A stretch of DNA of 34,258 bases, taken from contig CAKKRL010000057.1 in NCBI GenBank assembly GCA_919902655.1, forward strand, positions 7,356-41,613. The letters run 5' to 3'. How positions within the stretch are numbered: the stretch's first letter is position 1; each line of letters opens with the position of its first letter. Below the pieces are notes generated by a model. That model was given only the letters and a program-made list of their open reading frames with translations, searched no databases and was not told the origin of the DNA. This document shows positions 6,671 through 15,146 of the stretch, piece after piece. Position numbers and translations under genes: made by a program. The stretch is from Thermodesulfovibrionia bacterium (GTDB lineage: Bacteria; Nitrospirota; Thermodesulfovibrionia; JACRGW01).

Positions 6671-8016
6671 TGGATTAGCGCCCCTATCAGTCCCTCTGCT
6701 GTTGCATCAATCACCTTTGTCCTGACACCAACGGCATTCTCGATGTCCCCGGGTGTCATACCGTCAAGAAACATATCCCCACCGTCTCTCAGGGTAACGG
6801 ATGGGATTAAGATGGTATCTCCTGAGATATTTCCTTTTAATGCCCCGATTATATCCTGTCCTGTCAGCAAACCGGTTACAGTAACCGAATCCCCGAAGAA
6901 CCTGTTTTCAACTGTAATCACTTCAAGTTCTGGAATACCGGACTTATTTGATTTGTCCGCCCTATGGCCTATGGCTCGTGAGCCACGGCTCATAGAGGTT
7001 GGGTCTTCGACCAGTCTTTTCAGTAAAGGGGAGAAAGAAACACCCGTGAATGTTGTAAAAACTTTTCCTCTGTCCGCTGTTTTCTTAATTTCCGAAACAC
7101 CCTTCTCGAATCTATCTATAAAGACCGGAACCAAACCGACCCCGTTTTCAATCTGAGGGAAATCGCCGTATTCCTTAAGAGGTGGAAAATCCAGACCTGC
7201 CTTTATATAAAACTCGTCAGAGGGATATACAAAGGTGTCTCCATATTTTTTCCTGAACCTCTTTCTTACATGTTCAAGTGACCTAACCACTCCGATCGCC
7301 TCATCCTGTGTGTAGGGTCTGAGATCGGGGTTCTTTCTGTATTTAGTAAGCCCCACAGGGACGACTGCTATAGACGAGACATAGGGATAGAACTTACCGA
7401 GATCCTCAACCGTCTTCATTAGATGACTCCCGTCATTAATACCCGGACATAAGACTATCTGGGCATGTATCCTGATTTTATGTGAGACAAGCTCCTTTAT
7501 TTCTTTCATAATATCCGGTGCATTGGGATTTTCCAGTATATGGTTACGGAGCTTTTTGTCGGTGGCATGGACAGAGATATAGAGCGGAGAAAGCCTCTCC
7601 TCATATATCCTCTTTTTATCCTCAGCGGATAGATTTGTGAGGGTTACATAATTTCCATAGAGAAAGGACATCCTGTAATCTTCATCCTTTATATAGAGAC
7701 TTTTCCTCATACCCCTGGGGAGATTGCTCACAAAGCAGAATATGCACCTGTTCCTGCACCGTCTTATCTTGAAAGGAGAGAGAGCTAAACCAAGGTCTTC
7801 CGATTCTTCTTTCCCGATTTCTATCTCCCGCTGCTTACCGTTCTCATTTCTTAGTTCGACTTTCAGTCTTTCTTCCTGCATATAGAAATGGTAGTCAATA
7901 ACATCCCTCACGACCTTGTCGTTTATACTGAGGAGATAGTCTCCTTGCTTTATACCGGCCTTATCCCCTATACTTCCTGGATGAATACTTTCTATTTTGA
8001 CGCCATTGCTTATCAT
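6667..8016 (-). CDS. PDZ-domain radical SAM protein with DUF512-like C-terminal region
   Basis: N-terminal PDZ-like GSIGDKAGIKQGDYLLSIND. CX3CX2C motif CRNRCIFC. Long conserved-looking C-terminal half. 4-nt overlap with aroE. Confidence 0.75.
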   Translation of the reverse strand: MISNGVKIESIHPGSIGDKAGIKQGDYLLSINDKVVRDVIDYHFYMQEERLKVELRNENGKQREIEIGKEESEDLGLALSPFKIRRCRNRCIFCFVSNLPRGMRKSLYIKDEDYRMSFLYGNYVTLTNLSAEDKKRIYEERLSPLYISVHATDKKLRNHILENPNAPDIMKEIKELVSHKIRIHAQIVLCPGINDGSHLMKTVEDLGKFYPYVSSIAVVPVGLTKYRKNPDLRPYTQDEAIGVVRSLEHVRKRFRKKYGDTFVYPSDEFYIKAGLDFPPLKEYGDFPQIENGVGLVPVFIDRFEKGVSEIKKTADRGKVFTTFTGVSFSPLLKRLVEDPTSMSRGSRAIGHRADKSNKSGIPELEVITVENRFFGDSVTVTGLLTGQDIIGALKGNISGDTILIPSVTLRDGGDMFLDGMTPGDIENAVGVRTKVIDATAEGLIGALIQ

Positions 8017-8023
8017 AGAATAT

Positions 8024-9094
8024 CTATTCTTCGAGATAAAATGCTGACTTCCTGTAACTTTCTAACGAACTTGTTAAAAAAACCTTCATTACCGCAGTAA
8101 AAGGTACAGCAAGGAGGATGCCGAAGAATCCGAATATATACCCTCCTGTCATTATCGAAAGGATTATGATTACAGGGTGTAGCCCGACCTTCTTCCCCAT
8201 TATCTTTGGTGATAAGACTACAGTCTCAAGGGCCTGGACCCCTCCGAAGAGAGCCAGTACCCACAGGATATGTGCGAAGTCATGAAATTCGAGCAGGGAT
8301 AAAATGATAGATACAGAAAGACCAAAGAAAAACCCTAAATAAGGGACAATGCTTCCTAACCCTGCCATGATCCCTACGAGGATAGCCATGTCTATCCCTA
8401 TCAGGGAAAGGCCAATACTGAATATTACTCCCTCTATAAAGGCAATGAGGAGCTGGCCCCTGAGGAACTTACCGAGTATTGTATTTACCTCATCTATCTT
8501 CTCAATCCAGAGTTTCTTTTTACCCCTTGGAATATATTCCTTTACCCTTTCTTTTATAACCTTGAAATCCTTAAGCAGATAGATGGTAACTACAGGGATA
8601 ATTACGATACTCAATAATGCACCAAATATTCCCCAGAGGCTTGAAAATGCCCTGCCGATAAAGGATACTATCGGTGAGATAGTCTCAGGGGATAGGCCAT
8701 TGACCCTCAGGATTGCCTCATTGAAAATCTCATCTGCTGTCGCAGGTATCTTGATATTGAGTCTTTCCTCAATATAAGGAATTACATTTGCCTTTATCAA
8801 CTCCAGATACCCGGGCATCTTCTTTATAAGGAGACTTATCTCATACTGGATTATAGGGACGATAAAAACAATCCCTGAGATAAAAATTCCGGAGAGGAAA
8901 AGAAGAATTATGGAAATTGATAGTCCCCGCGATATCTTCCATTTCTCAAGGAGCTCTACAAGAGGATTCAATATATAGGCAAGGATGAAGGCAAACAGAA
9001 ATGGTGTAAGTACATCTCTTAGCAGATAACCTGTGATGAGAGTTAGAAGGATGCCTGCAGTAACAGTGATTCTATTTCTCAAGGTCTGATTCAT
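8024..9094 (-). CDS. AI-2E (PerM/UPF0118) family transporter
   Basis: 356 aa with about 8 TM segments. The overall pattern is typical of the AI-2E family, with a large cytoplasmic loop (KERVKEYIPRGKKKLWIEKIDEVNTILGKFLRGQ). Confidence 0.8.
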   Translation of the reverse strand: MNQTLRNRITVTAGILLTLITGYLLRDVLTPFLFAFILAYILNPLVELLEKWKISRGLSISIILLFLSGIFISGIVFIVPIIQYEISLLIKKMPGYLELIKANVIPYIEERLNIKIPATADEIFNEAILRVNGLSPETISPIVSFIGRAFSSLWGIFGALLSIVIIPVVTIYLLKDFKVIKERVKEYIPRGKKKLWIEKIDEVNTILGKFLRGQLLIAFIEGVIFSIGLSLIGIDMAILVGIMAGLGSIVPYLGFFFGLSVSIILSLLEFHDFAHILWVLALFGGVQALETVVLSPKIMGKKVGLHPVIIILSIMTGGYIFGFFGILLAVPFTAVMKVFLTSSLESYRKSAFYLEE

Positions 9095-9106
9095 TCATTT
9101 AATAGC

Positions 9107-9706
9107 TTATGACACTATCTTTAACCCTACATAGATATAGTGAAGTCCTGAGACCAGAGTTAAAATGCCGCTTAACCATAAAAAGACAGGAAGATAAAGT
9201 GCGCCGCTCTCATTGGGCTGGAAACCGAGGTTTATTGTAACAAGGATTATGGCTATGAGGAGGACCTGAGAGTTTGTCGTCAGCTTACCGAGGATACTCG
9301 GTGATACCTTGAGATCACCTGTAAGGATATATATACTCAGATTTCCGATGATAAGGATTGCATCCCTGCTTATAACGACTATAGTAAGCCATTTAGGTAT
9401 CCATTCGAGCATTGTCAACGTTATAAAGGAAGATACAAGAAGGGCCTTATCAGCCACGGGATCGAGCAAGGCGCCCAGTTTTGTCTTCTGGTGTTTTATC
9501 CTCGCAAGAAGCCCGTCCAGTAAGTCCGTAAGCCCTGCCACGGCAAAGAAGATAACAGCATAGCCGTAATATCCGTAGCTCAGCGCCCCTATAAAGAAAG
9601 GGACAAGTATTATACGGAGGACGGTCAGGGCATTCGGAAGGGTTAACCCTGTCCCTCTAAGCTCCTGTAAAGGTGTCTCTCGAGAATTTTGTGATAGCTT
9701 GTCCAT
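9107..9706 (-). CDS. pgsA: CDP-alcohol phosphatidyltransferase (probable phosphatidylglycerophosphate synthase)
   Basis: Exact D-G-x2-A-R-x8-G-x3-D-x3-D motif: DGLLARIKHQKTKLGALLDPVADK. Multi-TM, 199 aa. Confidence 0.85.
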   Translation of the reverse strand: MDKLSQNSRETPLQELRGTGLTLPNALTVLRIILVPFFIGALSYGYYGYAVIFFAVAGLTDLLDGLLARIKHQKTKLGALLDPVADKALLVSSFITLTMLEWIPKWLTIVVISRDAILIIGNLSIYILTGDLKVSPSILGKLTTNSQVLLIAIILVTINLGFQPNESGALYLPVFLWLSGILTLVSGLHYIYVGLKIVS

Positions 9707-10626
9707 TTACCCTCTTCTGTACCCTCTCTTTCCATAAAAGATTGAAAACAGTTCACCTTTGCGTTCAAATTATCCAGGGAATACAGGATCAGTGCCTCAA
9801 CTGTCTTTGGTACTATGGGAGAACCATATTCATTCTCCCCGTGATGGCTTATAATGAGATGTTCGAGGAGCATTTTTGATTCCCCTGGAAATCCTTTTAT
9901 CTCTCTTACTTTTTCTTCGAGAAGACCTACCCCTATAGCGATATGGCCAAGGAGCCTTCCCTGCGTTGAATAATCGATAAATCTGTCATAGCTGAATTCA
10001 TAGACCTTCCCTATATCATGGAGCAGTGCCCCTGCAACAAGCAGGTCTCTATTGATGTTCTTAAAATGATTCACGGATTCAAGACAGAGTTTTGTTACCT
10101 CAAGTGTGTGTTCGAGCAGTCCTCCAAGATAGACATGGTGGATTTCCTTTGCAGCAGGGGCCTTTTTAAAGAGCGACATGAATTCATCATTACCAAAAAA
10201 AGAGTCAAGAAGTTTATGAAGATAAGGGTCATTTATTGTCCCTATATACCCCCTTACCTCTTTAACCATCTCTCCGATATCCCTTGCTGAGACAGGGAGG
10301 AACTCTCTGATATCCACATCCTGCACCACATTCATCTCTTTAATATTTATTTGGAGATGGCCTTTGAAGGCAATAACCTTCCCTTTAATTTTCAGGAAAT
10401 CCCCTTCAGTGAGGTTCTTTGTCCAGTCCTCTATCCCTTCTCCTCCGGAGGATCCTGTGGAAGAGATCCCTGTGGACCAGAGCCTCCCCTCTATTTCACC
10501 TGTCCTGTCAGAAAGTCTCATACTTAGATAGGGATTACCGTTCTGCGAGGTATAGAGACCTTTCCTTTTTACCTGAAAGACCTCCTCAACCAAGTCACCC
10601 TCTTTGAGTTCTGCTGCCTTTGGCAT
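9643..10626 (-). CDS. OB-fold + HD-domain phosphohydrolase (YhaM-like 3'-5' exoribonuclease family)
   Basis: N-terminal OB fold (VFQVKRKGLYTSQNGNPYLSMRLSDRTGEIEGRLW). HD domain with LLHDIGK and ISHHGE. Confidence 0.8.
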   Translation of the reverse strand: MPKAAELKEGDLVEEVFQVKRKGLYTSQNGNPYLSMRLSDRTGEIEGRLWSTGISSTGSSGGEGIEDWTKNLTEGDFLKIKGKVIAFKGHLQINIKEMNVVQDVDIREFLPVSARDIGEMVKEVRGYIGTINDPYLHKLLDSFFGNDEFMSLFKKAPAAKEIHHVYLGGLLEHTLEVTKLCLESVNHFKNINRDLLVAGALLHDIGKVYEFSYDRFIDYSTQGRLLGHIAIGVGLLEEKVREIKGFPGESKMLLEHLIISHHGENEYGSPIVPKTVEALILYSLDNLNAKVNCFQSFMEREGTEEGKWTSYHKILERHLYRSLEGQG

Positions 10627-10712
10627 AATATATATTCTTCTCTACCAGTCGCTGACAATAATTTATCGAATTATATTCCCTATACATAATGATGTCAACA
10701 ATTCTTATAGTC

Positions 10713-10721
10713 TGATATAAT
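10713..10721 (+). promoter_or_regulatory. Extended -10 element (TGaTATAAT) upstream of the oxidoreductase gene
   Basis: TG at 10713-10714, TATAAT at 10716-10721, AGGAGG at 10729-10734, ATG at 10741. Confidence 0.35.
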
Positions 10722-10740
10722 TCCTTTTAGGAGGATAACC

Positions 10741-11703
10741 ATGAAGGCAATCCATGTCCATGAATTCGGAAACCCTGAGGTAATGAAATTAGAAGAGACA
10801 GAAGATCCGAAACCTGCTAAGGGAGAGGTCGTTGTAAAAATCCACGCAGCCGGATTAAACCCTGTTGATACATACATCCGTTCAGGGCTCTATCCATTTA
10901 AACCTCCATTACCTTACACCCCGGGTATGGATGGGGCAGGTATCGTCGAATCTTCCGGTGAAGGGGTAACCCGTGTCAAGGTCGGAGATAGGGTATACAC
11001 TGCAGGAACGATCAGCGGTTCCTATGCTGAAAAGGCCCTGTGCAAGGAGTCTCAAGTATATCACCTGCCTGAAAAGATAACTTTCAAACAGGGCGCTGCG
11101 ATCGGTACGCCTTATGCCACCGCCTATTACGCACTTTTCTATCGAGCACATGCTATACCCGGAGAGACCGTCCTTGTCCATGGCGCAAGCGGCGGTGTTG
11201 GTATTGCAGCAGTCCAGTTTGCAAGGGCATCAGGAATGAAGGTCATCGGGACAAGCGGCACTGAAAAAGGAAGGGGACTTGTTATCGAACAGGGTGCCCA
11301 TCATGTCTTTGACCATAATTCACCGGGCTATCTGGAAGAGATACTCAGGACTACCGATGGTAAGGGTGTAGATGTCATCCTCGAAATGCTTGCGAATGTC
11401 AATCTTGGCAAAGACCTTACTATTCTTGCAAAGAATGGAAGGGTTGTGGTTATTGGAAGCCGGGGGACCGTTGAGATCGACCCCCGCAACACCATGGTCA
11501 GGAATGCCTCAATCCTCGGGATGATCCTTATGAGCGCATCAGAAAATGAAACATTTAGCATCCATTCCGCACTCATAGCAGGTCTCGAAAACCGAACTCT
11601 ACGTCCTGTTATCGGTCGGGAATATCCTTTATCTGAAGCAGCACTTACACACCACGAGGTCATCGAATCAAAGGCATTTGGTAAAATAGTATTGATCCCC
11701 TGA
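10741..11703 (+). CDS. Zeta-crystallin-type NADPH:quinone oxidoreductase (MDR superfamily)
   Basis: VLVHGASGGVGIAAVQ nucleotide-binding motif. N-terminal GroES-like fold (GEVVVKIHAAGLNPVD). 320 aa. Confidence 0.85.
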   Translation: MKAIHVHEFGNPEVMKLEETEDPKPAKGEVVVKIHAAGLNPVDTYIRSGLYPFKPPLPYTPGMDGAGIVESSGEGVTRVKVGDRVYTAGTISGSYAEKALCKESQVYHLPEKITFKQGAAIGTPYATAYYALFYRAHAIPGETVLVHGASGGVGIAAVQFARASGMKVIGTSGTEKGRGLVIEQGAHHVFDHNSPGYLEEILRTTDGKGVDVILEMLANVNLGKDLTILAKNGRVVVIGSRGTVEIDPRNTMVRNASILGMILMSASENETFSIHSALIAGLENRTLRPVIGREYPLSEAALTHHEVIESKAFGKIVLIP

Positions 11704-11730
11704 CTGGAACGTCATGCTTCCTGAGAGTCC

Positions 11731-14142
11731 CTAAAATGACTGTCCTATGCTGAGGTAAAAGGCAGGGCGATGTTCCACATCAGGCCCGATTGGTATTGCC
11801 ACATCAACCCTTCCTATCCCAGGATAGATTCCCAAGAGGTTTGAATGGAAGCGGAAACCTATCCCGATATCATGTCTATATTCCCTGAAACGAAAGACAT
11901 CCTTTCTATCCAAGACCATACCTGTATCTGCAAAAAGGGCGACCTGTAAGGTATGGGCAGTAAGAAGGCCAAAGAAATCTTCGTCCAGATCATGGATAAG
12001 CGGGAAACGGTACTCTGCGGTAAAGAGGGCGATATTCTCTCCCCTGTCGTCAGCCTTCGAGAAACCCCTTGCCCCGTTGATTCCACCGAGGAAGAATAGC
12101 TTATGTTCCGGCCTATCTCCATCTGATATGCCCAGTATAGTCCTCAGCGCTATTGATTCTTTCTTAGTTATCTGAAATTCCTTTATTGCAGTTAACTGGA
12201 GTTTATAGTACGAGTAGTCACTTCCGAGGTCTTTTGTGGAAAATTCAAGTGATGTCTCAATACCTCCGTCTCTGTATATTAAAAGAGGGCTTACAACATA
12301 TCTCCCATCCCCGTATCTCGAAAATTCTCCTGAAAGTTTTTCGAGCCCCATGGATGCATAAAGGCTTTTATTCTTCCATCTGTATTCATACCCGCCTCTT
12401 ATCCCATCGAGTTCAAACCAGTGGTAATAGTTAAATATAAACCTGTTGTTGGGGTCATAGAACCTCTGGAGTGATACCTGGATATTTGCCTCTACTGTGT
12501 ATGTTTGGAAATCGTAGCTAAGCCTGAACCTGTGGAGAAGGAACTTCCAGCGCTGGGGAGTACGGTTATTGTGACGGTACATATCTGAAAGCATCTTCTC
12601 AGGGTCTATCTCTACAACCTTTATGGGTGACGTGGTATATCTTTTCAAAACAAATTCCCCGTCTTTTCCATCCCAGAGGATTTTATCTTCATCGCCTTCG
12701 GCATCTTTCATGTAAAGTTCAACCGGCTCTATTGCCTTTCCGTTCTTCCCGATTGTAATCTTTGTCAGATAACGGTCTTCATCTTGCTCCCTTTTTATCC
12801 CCTTGAGGTAATAGTCTGTGGGAGGTACTTCCTTCAGCCACTGGTTATAGAACCAGTTGAGGTCTTTCTTCGCAATATCTTCGGAAATCCCCCTGAATGG
12901 CCCGGGGGATCTGATATATTCTTTAATAATCTCTTTAAATCTTTCCTCACCTATGAGGTCTCTCAGCTTTGAAAATACCCTTCCTCCTTCAAGTCTTCTG
13001 TTGTTAAAGAACCGTATATCCTCACTTGCACCTGTGTGTCTTTCATTATTAAAATATGCATTACGGTAGGGGAGCCTTGGGGAATGCATGACTTCGTCCA
13101 CCGCAGGGATAAAGGAAAATAACTTTATTGACTTCGCAAGGTCAGGCCTTTCAGGGTATCTCTCCTTGAGGTATAACTCCGTTGAATACTCTGCCATGCC
13201 TTCTGCAACCCAGCCCTCGTCTTTAAGTATCCTCCTCCAGAAGATTGTATAAAGTGATTTAACAAGTTGTATCTCATGAAACCTCATAAGGTAGGGATAG
13301 ACCTTGAACATCCTGTTATTTATAAGTATTACATCTTCCCCTGCAATAGCCATATCTGAATATAGATAGACCTCGCCTACCCTTACCGGCACGGTTCCAG
13401 GGTCAGAGAAACTCCTTCTGAAAAAGTCAGTTGCATGATTCAGGACTTCCGATGCCTTTTCTATATACCATTCATCCTTTTTAAGGAAGAAAAACTCAAA
13501 AGGGATTGCGCCGTTCATGGTCTCCTTTTTGATAAACCGTTTAGAGACGATCAGAGTCGGAGACTTTATATCAGTCGCCTCAAATTCAAAGACCCTTTTA
13601 TCCATGTCATATTCGTCCTTGATCATTATTCCTGTATGAAGGATATTATAAAAAGAAGGGGCTGTGAATCTGACCGTAAAGTCAGAAGAGGGCAGTTCAC
13701 CATCAGGGGAATACGAGATGATCGGATGCCATCCGCCGTTAAGTGTTGTAATACCGCCATGATAACCGAAGAGTCCGAGTCTCTCAGGGATCTTTGTTAT
13801 GAATTCTATCCTGATTACCGTGAACAGTGAACCGTGAACAGTGAACCGTGAACTATCAACAGGTTTTAATTCTAAAGGATTGCCTTCTCCATCTGTTATA
13901 GAGATTATACCCATCGAGCCAGGGTCAAACCTTACAGGATAACTCTCCGGGGCTACTTCTTTCTGATAGATATTGGGATAAAGAATAAGGGAAGGGGTTT
14001 CCATCCCATCGAGATGTACATTAAGAAAACCATGAATTGTATTCCTGTCAGGGTCAAAGGTTGCATCGATAGAATATTTTGTCTTTGCCTCTGCGGCAAT
14101 GGGAAGGATGAAAAGGATTATTATAATGATGTATTTGGACAC
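11731..14142 (-). CDS. Outer-membrane Omp85-family protein with an N-terminal M1-peptidase-like (degenerate) domain
   Basis: Signal peptide MSKYIIIIILFILPIAAEA. The C-terminal beta-barrel has the surface-antigen pattern (FFLGGINGARGF, ALFADTG, terminal IGQSF). The central segment HEIQLVKSLYTIFWRRILKDEGWVAEGMAEY resembles the gluzincin HExxH...E(G)xA module, but the second His is replaced. Confidence 0.7.
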   Translation of the reverse strand: MSKYIIIIILFILPIAAEAKTKYSIDATFDPDRNTIHGFLNVHLDGMETPSLILYPNIYQKEVAPESYPVRFDPGSMGIISITDGEGNPLELKPVDSSRFTVHGSLFTVIRIEFITKIPERLGLFGYHGGITTLNGGWHPIISYSPDGELPSSDFTVRFTAPSFYNILHTGIMIKDEYDMDKRVFEFEATDIKSPTLIVSKRFIKKETMNGAIPFEFFFLKKDEWYIEKASEVLNHATDFFRRSFSDPGTVPVRVGEVYLYSDMAIAGEDVILINNRMFKVYPYLMRFHEIQLVKSLYTIFWRRILKDEGWVAEGMAEYSTELYLKERYPERPDLAKSIKLFSFIPAVDEVMHSPRLPYRNAYFNNERHTGASEDIRFFNNRRLEGGRVFSKLRDLIGEERFKEIIKEYIRSPGPFRGISEDIAKKDLNWFYNQWLKEVPPTDYYLKGIKREQDEDRYLTKITIGKNGKAIEPVELYMKDAEGDEDKILWDGKDGEFVLKRYTTSPIKVVEIDPEKMLSDMYRHNNRTPQRWKFLLHRFRLSYDFQTYTVEANIQVSLQRFYDPNNRFIFNYYHWFELDGIRGGYEYRWKNKSLYASMGLEKLSGEFSRYGDGRYVVSPLLIYRDGGIETSLEFSTKDLGSDYSYYKLQLTAIKEFQITKKESIALRTILGISDGDRPEHKLFFLGGINGARGFSKADDRGENIALFTAEYRFPLIHDLDEDFFGLLTAHTLQVALFADTGMVLDRKDVFRFREYRHDIGIGFRFHSNLLGIYPGIGRVDVAIPIGPDVEHRPAFYLSIGQSF
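13817..13851. repeat. Heptamer tandem array ACCGTGA/ACAGTGA (5 units)
   Basis: accgtga acagtga accgtga acagtga accgtga. Translated on the minus strand as SRFTVHGSLFTV inside the Omp85-like protein. Confidence 0.85.
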
Positions 14143-14166
14143 AGGGTATTATAACATCATTTCTAT

Positions 14167-14195
14167 TTGCATAGAAAAGCTACCTCTGGTATAAT
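14167..14195 (+). promoter_or_regulatory. Strong sigma-70-type promoter of the 14220-19264 operon
   Basis: TTGCAT (14167-14172), a 17-nt spacer, then TATAAT (14190-14195), with TGg immediately upstream forming an extended -10. Confidence 0.5.
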
Positions 14196-14219
14196 CAAAC
14201 CCTTAGCGATGTCTCGGCT

Positions 14220-15146
14220 TTGATGAAACAGATGAGTAAAATCAGTGTGGGGATCCCCCGGGCCCTCCTTTATTACGAGTTTTTCCCTGTCTGGAAGGCA
14301 TTTCTTGAAGAACTGGGTCTGAATGTCATTGTATCAGGAAATACTACTGACAGGGTAGTAAGGAGGGGTATCGGTTCCACAGGGGGAGACCTTTGCCTCC
14401 CTGTAAAGACATTTCTCGGCCATGTCCATGAGATAAAAGACTCTGTAGATTTCCTCTTTATACCGAGATATATAAGTATCGAAGAGGACGCCTATATGTG
14501 TCCCAAGTTCCTTGGCCTTCCTGATATGGTGAGGGCAGCGATCAGCCCCCTCCCTCCGGTCATAGATTCTCCGATGAATATAAAAAAGGGTGGGCTTAAA
14601 GAGTTTTTTGATAGTATAAGCAATGTCCTTAGGAAAGATAAAAGAGTAATCGAATCCGCCTACAGCAAGGCATTGAGTTCGGCCGGTGCTATTACATATA
14701 ATGATAGCTCGTCATCAGGCGATTTAAAGATTGCCCTCCTGGGAAGGCCCTATGTCCTTTACGATTCCTGTATCAATCGGTCAATTATCCAGAGACTTAA
14801 ATCACTCGGTGCTGATGTAAAGATAAAGACCATGTTTTCACAGGAGGAAATAAAGAAAGCAATGTCACTCTTGCCTAAGGTATTATACTGGAGTACCGGG
14901 AAAGAGGTAGTAACCTCGGCTTATCACTTCATGAAGAAAAGCGTGGTTGATGGCATAATAAATCTCGTATCCGTTGCCTGCGGGCCTGACTCTTTTACTT
15001 CAGAGATAATAAACGGCCTCAAAAAAAAGATGGATGATATTCCCTATATGGTCCTCTATCTCGATGAACATACATCCGATGTAGGTGTTCTTACGAGGAT
15101 CGAAGGTTTTCTCGACATGATAAGAAGGAAAAGAGGTGAGGCATGA
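14220..15146 (+). CDS. 2-hydroxyacyl-CoA dehydratase / BCR-family subunit (DUF2229-like, activase-associated)
   Basis: The N-terminus GIPRALLYYEFFPVWKAFLEELG is the characteristic start of the activase-associated domain. Conserved-looking Cys at DLCLPVK, YMCPKF and VACGPD. The true start may be ATG 14223 or 14232. Confidence 0.75.
   Translation: MMKQMSKISVGIPRALLYYEFFPVWKAFLEELGLNVIVSGNTTDRVVRRGIGSTGGDLCLPVKTFLGHVHEIKDSVDFLFIPRYISIEEDAYMCPKFLGLPDMVRAAISPLPPVIDSPMNIKKGGLKEFFDSISNVLRKDKRVIESAYSKALSSAGAITYNDSSSSGDLKIALLGRPYVLYDSCINRSIIQRLKSLGADVKIKTMFSQEEIKKAMSLLPKVLYWSTGKEVVTSAYHFMKKSVVDGIINLVSVACGPDSFTSEIINGLKKKMDDIPYMVLYLDEHTSDVGVLTRIEGFLDMIRRKRGEA

Noticed and set aside
6461-7156. Long antisense ORFs inside well-supported genes, for example 6461..7156(+), 427..822(+), 16860..17267(-), 18878..19369(-), 26738..27214(+), 29110..29463(+) and 23615..23956(+)
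   Set aside because: Each lies entirely opposite a gene with clear family motifs. They have biased, low-complexity composition and no start context. I treat them as shadow ORFs.
9643-9706. 64-nt overlap between the YhaM-like gene 3' end and the pgsA start, a possible mis-called start or frameshift
   Set aside because: No alternative ATG, GTG or TTG exists in the pgsA frame between 9706 and the conserved LPNALTVLRI segment, and both ORFs are intact. I accept it as a long but real overlap or a short N-terminal extension.
12887-12910. ATCCCCC-N10-GGGGGAT hairpin in the Omp85-like gene (encodes SPGPFRGI), a possible remnant of the palindromic element family
   Set aside because: It has only 7-bp arms and lacks the second C/G run and the AT-rich centre of the full elements. 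It could be chance, so it is not counted as a copy.
14251-14262. GGATCCCCCGGG, identical to the BamHI-SmaI stretch of common cloning polylinkers
   Set aside because: It encodes the conserved GIPRAL motif at the start of the dehydratase-family subunit. No other vector-like sequence flanks it, so it is a coincidence rather than vector contamination.
15021-15028. A8 homopolymer inside the first dehydratase-family gene (LKKKMDD)
   Set aside because: It is a single modest homopolymer encoding Lys codons, with no evidence of a frameshift. It is noted only as a potential sequencing-error hotspot.
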